Shown here: positions 42,708 through 48,292 of the stretch, piece after piece
Layout of the letters: every line of letters starts with the position of its first letter
Numbering within the stretch: position 1 is the first letter of the stretch
NCBI GenBank assembly: GCA_040753015.1
Contig: JBFMHM010000008.1
Span: 11,154 to 59,445, forward strand
From: Candidatus Omnitrophota bacterium
Lineage (GTDB): Bacteria > Omnitrophota > Gorgyraeia > Gygaellales > JBFMHM01
Reading direction: 5' to 3'
Length of the DNA: 48,292 nt
The notes under the pieces: model-generated
Told to the model about the DNA's origin: nothing
Database searches by the model: none
What the model saw: only the letters and a program-made list of their open reading frames with translations
Made by a program: the position numbers and the translations under genes

Positions 42708-43205
42708 ATGCCTGACAAGAATTCATTTATGTTAGAAGCAAAAGATATTGAAAAAATATTGCCGCATCGTTATCCATTCTTGTTAATCGATAAAATATTA
42801 TCTATAGAAAATTCTGCTTCTGCTAAAGACGGATCTTCTTCCGGAGGAAAAAAAATTGTTGCGCTTAAGAATGTCACAATGAATGAAGCGCAGTTTTTAG
42901 GCCATTTTCCGGGTAACCCTATTATGCCCGGTGTTTTAATCGTTGAAGCAATGGCTCAAGCCGCAGCAGTTTTATTTTTAGAAGCAATTGATAGCAATCT
43001 TCGTAGCCAGTATACATTTGTTTTAGGCGCGATTAAAGATTTTCGTTTTTTAAGCCCGGTTTATCCAGGAGATCAACTAATTATTGAGATTGAAGTATTA
43101 AAGTTGATTAAGCAGTCCGGAATTGTTAAAGGGTCTGCTTTGGTATCTGGAAAGAAGGCCGCAGAAGGGCAGTTATTTTTTGGTACTATAAAAAAGGATG
43201 AATGA
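42708..43205 (+). CDS. fabZ: 3-hydroxyacyl-ACP dehydratase FabZ-like, with a ~10-aa Ser/Gly-rich insertion
   Basis: LPHRYPFLLIDKI...LKNVTMNEAQFLGHFPGNPIMPGVLIVEAMAQ is collinear with E. coli FabZ. The extra segment SASAKDGSSSGG lies between the two blocks. Confidence 0.85.
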   Translation: MPDKNSFMLEAKDIEKILPHRYPFLLIDKILSIENSASAKDGSSSGGKKIVALKNVTMNEAQFLGHFPGNPIMPGVLIVEAMAQAAAVLFLEAIDSNLRSQYTFVLGAIKDFRFLSPVYPGDQLIIEIEVLKLIKQSGIVKGSALVSGKKAAEGQLFFGTIKKDE

Positions 43206-44413
43206 GAAGAGTTGTTGTAACCGGCCTCGGTATAATATCTTCTATTGGTTGGAAAAAAGAAGTTTTCTGGAGAGCTTTAGTTTCAGGCCAATCTGGTATA
43301 AGCCCCGCAAAAGCATTTGATACTCAAGATTTTAAAGTTCATAATACAGCAGAAGTAAAGGATTTCGATCCCAGTGGTTATCTCAATTACGAATTTTCGA
43401 AACAATACGGTAAGGCCGCGCAATTCGCGCTTTGTGCTTCTGAATTTGCCATTAATGATTCATTACTTGATATTAAAAATATAAATTTATCAAGAATTGG
43501 CGTTGTTTTGGGTACGACTATGGGTGAAGCGCAAGTTTTTCAGCAGCTTGTTGAAAAAAAAATTCATAGTGATTTTGAACCTCGCGACAGAACCCTTATT
43601 ATGCAATATCCCTTAGAAAATATTCCTCAGGCGATAGCTAAATTTTTTCATCTTGAAGGGCCGAATGCGATCTTTCCTACGGCTTGTTCTAGTGGTAATT
43701 ATGCAATTTCTTATGGTTATGATTGTATTAAAGATAAAAGGGCAGATTTTATGCTTTGCGGCGGTGTAGATGTGATTTCAGTGATTGCTTTTACTGGTTT
43801 TGCCAGGATGTTATCAATCGCGCCCGATACTTGCCAACCATTTGATAGAAACAGAAAAGGTATTATTGTTGGCGAGGGATGCGCGATTCTATTATTAGAA
43901 GATTTTGATAATGCTATAAAACGCAATGCCCATATTTATGCCGAAATTTTAGGTTATGGTTTAAGCTGTGATGCGTATCATATGACTAGCCCTCATCCTC
44001 AAGGATATGGTGCAAGCATTGCTATGAGAAAATGCCTGAAAGAATCCGGCCTAAATTTAGAAGATGTAAGTTATATTAATGCCCATGGTACAGGTACGCA
44101 GGCAAATGATAAGGCAGAAACCATAGCCATTAAAGATGTCTTCGGCAGTCTTGCTTATAAAATACCGGTTTCTTCAATTAAATCAATGTTAGGCCATACT
44201 ATGGGTGCTGCATCTGCGATAGAGGCGGCTGCTTGTTGCCTTAGTATCGACAAACAGATAATTCCTCCAACAATTAATTATCAGACTAAAGACCCAGATT
44301 GTGATTTGGATTATGTTCCTAATCAGGCGCGTCATATTAATGTAAAAAATATTATTTCAAATGCTTTTGCATTCGGAGGCAATAATGCTTGTGTGGGGTT
44401 TGGAAAGGTATAA
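43202..44413 (+). CDS. fabF: Beta-ketoacyl-ACP synthase II-type ketosynthase (KS-alpha)
   Basis: RRVVVTGLG, active-site ACSSG, HMTSP and NAHGTGT His motifs, FAFGGNNA. Confidence 0.85.
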   Translation: MRRVVVTGLGIISSIGWKKEVFWRALVSGQSGISPAKAFDTQDFKVHNTAEVKDFDPSGYLNYEFSKQYGKAAQFALCASEFAINDSLLDIKNINLSRIGVVLGTTMGEAQVFQQLVEKKIHSDFEPRDRTLIMQYPLENIPQAIAKFFHLEGPNAIFPTACSSGNYAISYGYDCIKDKRADFMLCGGVDVISVIAFTGFARMLSIAPDTCQPFDRNRKGIIVGEGCAILLLEDFDNAIKRNAHIYAEILGYGLSCDAYHMTSPHPQGYGASIAMRKCLKESGLNLEDVSYINAHGTGTQANDKAETIAIKDVFGSLAYKIPVSSIKSMLGHTMGAASAIEAAACCLSIDKQIIPPTINYQTKDPDCDLDYVPNQARHINVKNIISNAFAFGGNNACVGFGKV

Positions 44414-45294
44414 TGGATAAAAGGATTGTGATTACCGGGGCAGGCATAATTTCTTCTTTAGGTAAAAATAAGGAGGATTTCCTGCGAAATTTTTTAAGCG
44501 GGCATTTAGCAATAAAGTCAAAAATTGAAGATTTTGATGCGGTTGGTATTTTAGGGCAGGGCGGAATAAGGACATTAGATAGATCTTCGCTTTTGAGTTT
44601 ATCGGCCTCTAAGATTGCGATTGAAGATGCCAATCTTAATATAGGCCAATTAGATTCTTCAGATATAGGGGTTTCTTTAGGGACGATGGGAAGTATTTTT
44701 AGCGGATTTGATTTTTACCGCGTAAAGTTATTAGAAAGTCCGCGCTATGTTAACCCTATGCAGTTTTCAAATACAGTAGTTAATGCTAGTGCTGGGCAAA
44801 TTGCGATTCGTTTTGGTTTAAATGGTTTTAATGCAACTATTTCAACAGGGGCTTGCGCAGGTATGGATGCGATTATTTATGCCAGCCAAATGATAAAAAA
44901 ATCAAAAGCAAATATCGTATTAGCTGGCGGGGTAGAAGAATATTGCGATGAAATCAATTCTGTATTCAAGCTGGTTAAAGGCGAGGATATTTCTGAAGGC
45001 GCTGCTATTCTAATTCTGGAAGATTTAGATTTTGCTTTAGGTAGGAAGGCAAATATATTAGCTGAGATAATAGATACTTGTCAAGAGAACCGCTTATCTA
45101 GAGAGAATTTAGAACCCGAGCAATTTTCAATAAAAGAAAAATTAGGAAATCTTTATAGTGCCACAGGAGCGTTTAAAACGCTTATTGCTAGTTTATTAAT
45201 AAAAAATAACACTCGTAATAGCATTTCGTTAAATTGCTCTAGTTGTCTAGGGAATTATTCAAGCATAACACTTTCAAAATTCAATGCAGAGTAA
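44413..45294 (+). CDS. Short ketosynthase-like protein (N-terminal KS half only; chain-length-factor/KS-beta-like)
   Basis: KRIVITGAGIISSLG and STGACAGMDAI are retained, but the protein ends after ~293 aa without the two catalytic His motifs. The ATG overlaps the fabF stop (TAATG). Confidence 0.65.
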   Translation: MDKRIVITGAGIISSLGKNKEDFLRNFLSGHLAIKSKIEDFDAVGILGQGGIRTLDRSSLLSLSASKIAIEDANLNIGQLDSSDIGVSLGTMGSIFSGFDFYRVKLLESPRYVNPMQFSNTVVNASAGQIAIRFGLNGFNATISTGACAGMDAIIYASQMIKKSKANIVLAGGVEEYCDEINSVFKLVKGEDISEGAAILILEDLDFALGRKANILAEIIDTCQENRLSRENLEPEQFSIKEKLGNLYSATGAFKTLIASLLIKNNTRNSISLNCSSCLGNYSSITLSKFNAE

Positions 45295-46663
45295 ATATGA
45301 TGTTATTATTATTGGCTCTGGTATTGGCGGGCTAGTCAGCGCTACGCGCCTGGCAAAGAGTGGATTAAAAACACTAGTCTTAGAAAAAAATGATATCCCA
45401 GGTGGCTGCGTATGTAGTTTTAAAAGGAAGAATTTTATCTTTGATGGTGGTGCGCATATAGTAGGAAGTGCGGGTAGATTTCAAATTTTTGATACCATCC
45501 TTAAAGGTTTAGGTGTTAAGATTGATTTTATAAATTTAGATCCTGCCGAAAGAATTCAGTTTCCTAGTTTTAAATTTGAAGTACCTGCTGATTTAGATAA
45601 TCTAAAAGAAGAGCTAATTAAAGATTTTCCCAAAGAAATAAATGCGATCAATATTTTTTTTGATTTAGTAAAAAAAATTTGGCGCAGATTTTCAAGCGGA
45701 AATTTTAACGATCCCATGATCAAGCAGTTTGAAGATAAAACATTTATGCAAGTTTTAAATGATGTATTTGTTTCTTCAGGCTTAAAGGCGATAATTTCTA
45801 GCCAGTTTATTTATGCCGGAAATAACCTTAATGAGATTTCGGCTTTAGCGATGTTTTTATTATTGGGTAGCTATTTAAAAGATGGCTGTTTTTACCCAAG
45901 GCGCGGCATGCAGGAAATACCAGAGGCAATAATATGTGCTCTAACTAATTATAAAGGAAAAATAATATTTAATCAGGAAGTTGATAAAATCATTATAAAA
46001 GATAATAACGCCGTTAATTTAATTACGAAAAGTGGAATCTCTTACGAAGCAGATTTTTTTATATCTAATATTGATGCAAGAAAGACATTTTTTGAATTAA
46101 TAGGAGAAGATAATATTACGCAAGATTATCTAAATAAGTTAAAAAAATTAGAAGTTGCGAAAGGTTTTTTTCTAATTTATCTTGGGCTCAATGATTCGCC
46201 AGAAAAACTCAATAAGCTAAGAGGCTTCTATTTTTCTTGCAATAATTTTGACAAAGATTTAGATTGTATTTTAGTTTTTAATCCGCCTGGAAAAAATATT
46301 CTTCATGTCGTAGCTCCTGTTGGGGAACGCATCGTTTGGGATAAGAATAAAAAAGCTAATTTTGAAAATAAAATATTAGATAAAATGCAAACATTTTATC
46401 CAGAGATTATAGAAAAGATAATTTTTAAGGAAAGCGCAACCCTGGATACAATTGAAAAATATACTGGGAATACGTGCGGGAGCCCTTATGGCTGGTCAAA
46501 TATAGCAAATCAAACGCTAAATAAACGGCTTAGTCAAGCCACTCCTATCGGTAATTTATTTTTAGCTGGGCATTGGACGCAACCGGGAAGCGGTGTTGTT
46601 GCGGTTGCTTTATCTGGCTGGAATGCCGCAGGATTAATACTGGATAAACTTAAGAGAGGGTAA
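45284..46663 (+). CDS. FAD-dependent oxidoreductase of the phytoene desaturase (CrtI)/amine oxidase family
   Basis: YDVIIIGSGIGGL...LEKNDIPGG dinucleotide-binding motif and C-terminal LFLAGHWTQPGSGV, typical of CrtI-like enzymes. Confidence 0.75.
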   Translation: MQSKYDVIIIGSGIGGLVSATRLAKSGLKTLVLEKNDIPGGCVCSFKRKNFIFDGGAHIVGSAGRFQIFDTILKGLGVKIDFINLDPAERIQFPSFKFEVPADLDNLKEELIKDFPKEINAINIFFDLVKKIWRRFSSGNFNDPMIKQFEDKTFMQVLNDVFVSSGLKAIISSQFIYAGNNLNEISALAMFLLLGSYLKDGCFYPRRGMQEIPEAIICALTNYKGKIIFNQEVDKIIIKDNNAVNLITKSGISYEADFFISNIDARKTFFELIGEDNITQDYLNKLKKLEVAKGFFLIYLGLNDSPEKLNKLRGFYFSCNNFDKDLDCILVFNPPGKNILHVVAPVGERIVWDKNKKANFENKILDKMQTFYPEIIEKIIFKESATLDTIEKYTGNTCGSPYGWSNIANQTLNKRLSQATPIGNLFLAGHWTQPGSGVVAVALSGWNAAGLILDKLKRG

Positions 46664-46666
46664 GTT

Positions 46667-47398
46667 ATGCAGAAAGTTGTTTTAATTACTGGTGGTTCGC
46701 GTGGTATAGGTAAAGCAATAGTTGAAAAATTTGCTAATTCCGGGTTTAAGGTGGCGTTTACCTATAATAAGAATGCAAACCTTGCACAGGAGATAGTTAC
46801 AGATTTGAACAATTCGGATATTATTGCGTTGCAGGCTGATGTAAGTGATTTTAACCGGGCAAAAGAGGTCGTAAAAGAAGTAAAGGCAAGATTTGGACAA
46901 GTTGATATTTTAGTAAACAATGCCGGGATTAAAATTGACAAATCATTTTTGATGATGACACAGGATGATTGGAGGCAAGTTGTAACAACAAATTTAGACG
47001 GTGTGTTTAGCTATGCAAAGGCAGTGATGTTTGATTTTTTAAAACGTTCTTCGGGAAATATTATTAATATATCAAGTATTAGTGGAGTTATTGGCCTGCC
47101 GGGACAGGTCAATTATTCTGCTTCAAAGGCAGGTATTATTGGTTTTACAAAGGCGCTTGCTAAAGAAGTTGCAAAACAAAATATAAGAGTGAATGCAGTG
47201 TGCCCTGGTTTTATTGAAACCGAAATGCTTGATACTATACCGCAAAACTTAAAAGATAATCTAATCCAAGCAATACCTTTAAAAAGAGTTGGCAATATTA
47301 AAGAGGTTGCGGATTTAGTTTATTTTTTAGCAAGTCCAGATTCTAGTTATATTACTGGCCAGGTAATAGTTATTGATGGCGGCCTCAGTTTAGGCTAA
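46667..47398 (+). CDS. fabG: 3-oxoacyl-ACP reductase (SDR)
   Basis: [22 protein letters not shown] catalytic motif, PGFIETEM and [12 protein letters not shown]. Confidence 0.9.
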   Translation: MQKVVLITGGSRGIGKAIVEKFANSGFKVAFTYNKNANLAQEIVTDLNNSDIIALQADVSDFNRAKEVVKEVKARFGQVDILVNNAGIKIDKSFLMMTQDDWRQVVTTNLDGVFSYAKAVMFDFLKRSSGNIINISSISGVIGLPGQVNYSASKAGIIGFTKALAKEVAKQNIRVNAVCPGFIETEMLDTIPQNLKDNLIQAIPLKRVGNIKEVADLVYFLASPDSSYITGQVIVIDGGLSLG

Positions 47399-47435
47399 CT
47401 TTACACCTTTATTATCAACAACTTACATTCTTTTC

Positions 47436-47533
47436 TGTAAGCGTTTGGCGGATGTAACCGTCCGCCACTAAACACTGGCGAGACGCATCTTCATCTCGCC
47501 GAAAATCAGGCGGATGAAAGCGCTTACATTTTT
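47436..47533 (+). terminator. GC-rich compound stem-loop element: an outer 8+3-bp stem encloses two hairpins and is followed by TTTTT. Possible operon terminator, REP-like element or small structured RNA.
   Basis: tgtaagcg (47436-43) pairs with cgcttaca (47521-28). ggcgga (47447-52) pairs with tccgcc (47461-66). ggcgag (47477-82) pairs with ctcgcc (47495-500). A second ggcggatg copy is at 47509-16 and a T-run at 47529-33. Confidence 0.5.
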
Positions 47534-47583
47534 CGCCCCAAACCCCTTGAAATTGGCCTTTTCTTGTTGCATACTTATTATAT

Positions 47584-48292
47584 ATGATGAAACGTATATT
47601 TATCTTATTATTGGTAGGGATTTTTTGTCTAAACCAATTGGCTTTTGCTATGCCACAGGACGCGGTAACCGCGCCCCTACAGGTTACAAATCCTACGTTA
47701 TTGGGAATTGATTTAAATGGTAGAGACGCACTGCAGTGCGTCTCTACAGGTATCCAATTCAATCTAAACATCCCCAAAGGCACTGTTCTTAGCATAGACC
47801 AACGCAATAACCTTAAAACCAACATAAACTACTTTCTAACAGCTCTAACAATAGACGACTCTGAATTCTGGGTTAACCTAAATCCAAACCAACCTAACAG
47901 GCTTACAGGAACTAATCTAGCTTACACAGACATGGGTAAGCATCTACTACTCCTAGACCTAAAGCTTAAGAAAGACACAGCCTTTAGCCTATTTCCCGGA
48001 TTATCTACAGGAGCAACAGAGTACTGGACTAGAGTGTTTGCTAAAGCTAAAGCTTTAGCAAAATCAAATATCAAATATCAAAAATCAAATATACAAACCA
48101 AAAATCAAAAAGAAGAACAAAACCGAAGAACCGAAGAACTGACGAACAGTCGAACTGTATCTATCCCCACAACCTTCCGTGTCTGGATAGTCCCAGACAA
48201 AGCAGAAGTATACGAAGACGGAAAAGGTAGCTGTGTAATAACCAAATCAACACTGAAAGTGTTACTGGAAAGTGAGTATCTACAACTCCCCC
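47584..48292 (+). CDS. Secreted hypothetical protein, N-terminal part (runs off the right edge; not in the supplied ORF track)
   Basis: ATGATG at 47584 opens a frame with no stop to the window end (236 codons). Signal peptide MMKRIFILLLVGIFCLNQLAFA. Codon usage differs from the rest of the window (CTA Leu, AAC Asn, ACA Thr). Confidence 0.7.
   Translation, partial: MMKRIFILLLVGIFCLNQLAFAMPQDAVTAPLQVTNPTLLGIDLNGRDALQCVSTGIQFNLNIPKGTVLSIDQRNNLKTNINYFLTALTIDDSEFWVNLNPNQPNRLTGTNLAYTDMGKHLLLLDLKLKKDTAFSLFPGLSTGATEYWTRVFAKAKALAKSNIKYQKSNIQTKNQKEEQNRRTEELTNSRTVSIPTTFRVWIVPDKAEVYEDGKGSCVITKSTLKVLLESEYLQLP
47720..47747. repeat. 28-bp perfect palindrome inside the secreted-protein ORF
   Basis: gtagagacgcactg/cagtgcgtctctac, encoding GRDALQCVST. 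It shares the 8-mer gagacgca with the intergenic element at 47480-47487. Confidence 0.85.

Noticed and set aside
47447-47528. Partial resemblance of the intergenic element to a fluoride (crcB-motif) riboswitch (GGCG.AUG ... CCGCC ... AAAC ... GAUGA...CUUAC)
   Set aside because: Only fragments match from memory, the pseudoknot-forming 3' consensus is not reproduced, and the downstream gene is not a fluoride-resistance gene. This needs a covariance-model search before any such call.
47415-47825. 136-aa minus-strand ORF and the 65-aa plus-strand ORF at 47514..47711
   Set aside because: Both overlap the GC-rich structured element and/or the much longer plus-strand frame that starts at 47584 with a clear signal peptide. 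Their translations are Arg/Cys/Trp-rich with no motifs.
1-48292. Other listed short internal or antisense ORFs (e.g. 2758..2970, 5666..5974, 8171..8377, 8944..9255, 9252..9491, 10326..10604, 13603..13971, 17240..17446, 18273..18461, 19504..19878, 21240..21653, 22911..23102, 25266..25475, 29148..29417, 31260..31454, 35010..35231, 35373..35576, 39116..39745 set, 40386..40580, 42411..42659, 43717..43926, 44352..44633, 46682..46900, 47113..47295), and a search for tRNA, rRNA and CRISPR arrays
   Set aside because: Each short ORF is nested in, or antisense to, a longer gene with clear family motifs. No cloverleaf-like tRNA, rRNA-like stretch or regularly spaced direct-repeat array was seen in the intergenic regions.

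Overview
AT-rich, gene-dense window that is almost entirely plus-strand. It probably comes from an uncultivated anaerobic diderm bacterium, since LPS-type genes (hldD, PagL-like, ArnT-like) and a giant repetitive surface protein are present. A PVC/Omnitrophota-like origin is only a guess. Left to right: (1) the 3' part of a giant repeat-rich surface protein. (2) Housekeeping genes: ABC-F, greA, NUDIX, hemW, a STAS-PilZ fusion, ttcA. (3) A redox/hydrogen block. It holds NfnAB, a NicO-type Ni transporter, a Zn-finger-less HypA, a four-subunit group-3b-type [NiFe]-hydrogenase with its endopeptidase, and an unusual HypC::HydE-like radical-SAM fusion. A Rex-headed string of 11 plus-strand genes with very short or overlapping junctions follows: rex, a sensor kinase, a NuoE/NuoF-type multimeric [FeFe]-hydrogenase, a receiver protein, hydG-hydE-hydF and ygiQ. 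(4) Envelope/LPS genes. (5) A compact type-II FAS/PKS-like cluster (ACP, FabZ, KS, short CLF-like KS, CrtI-like desaturase, FabG), preceded by a divergent L27-like protein, a PaaK/CapK-like adenylating enzyme and an SGNH hydrolase. (6) A GC-rich structured element, then a compositionally atypical secreted-protein gene that runs off the right edge. The most notable sequence-level observations are these. An AbiEi/AbiEii toxin-antitoxin cassette is bracketed by 49-bp direct repeats that duplicate the 3' end of nfnB. Short GC-rich palindromic elements sit in-frame inside conserved genes, one with a 7-bp flanking duplication. The [FeFe]-hydrogenase catalytic subunit has non-canonical H-cluster motifs. 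No rRNA, tRNA or CRISPR array was recognised. All family calls rest on motifs read by eye from the translations, because no database search could be run.
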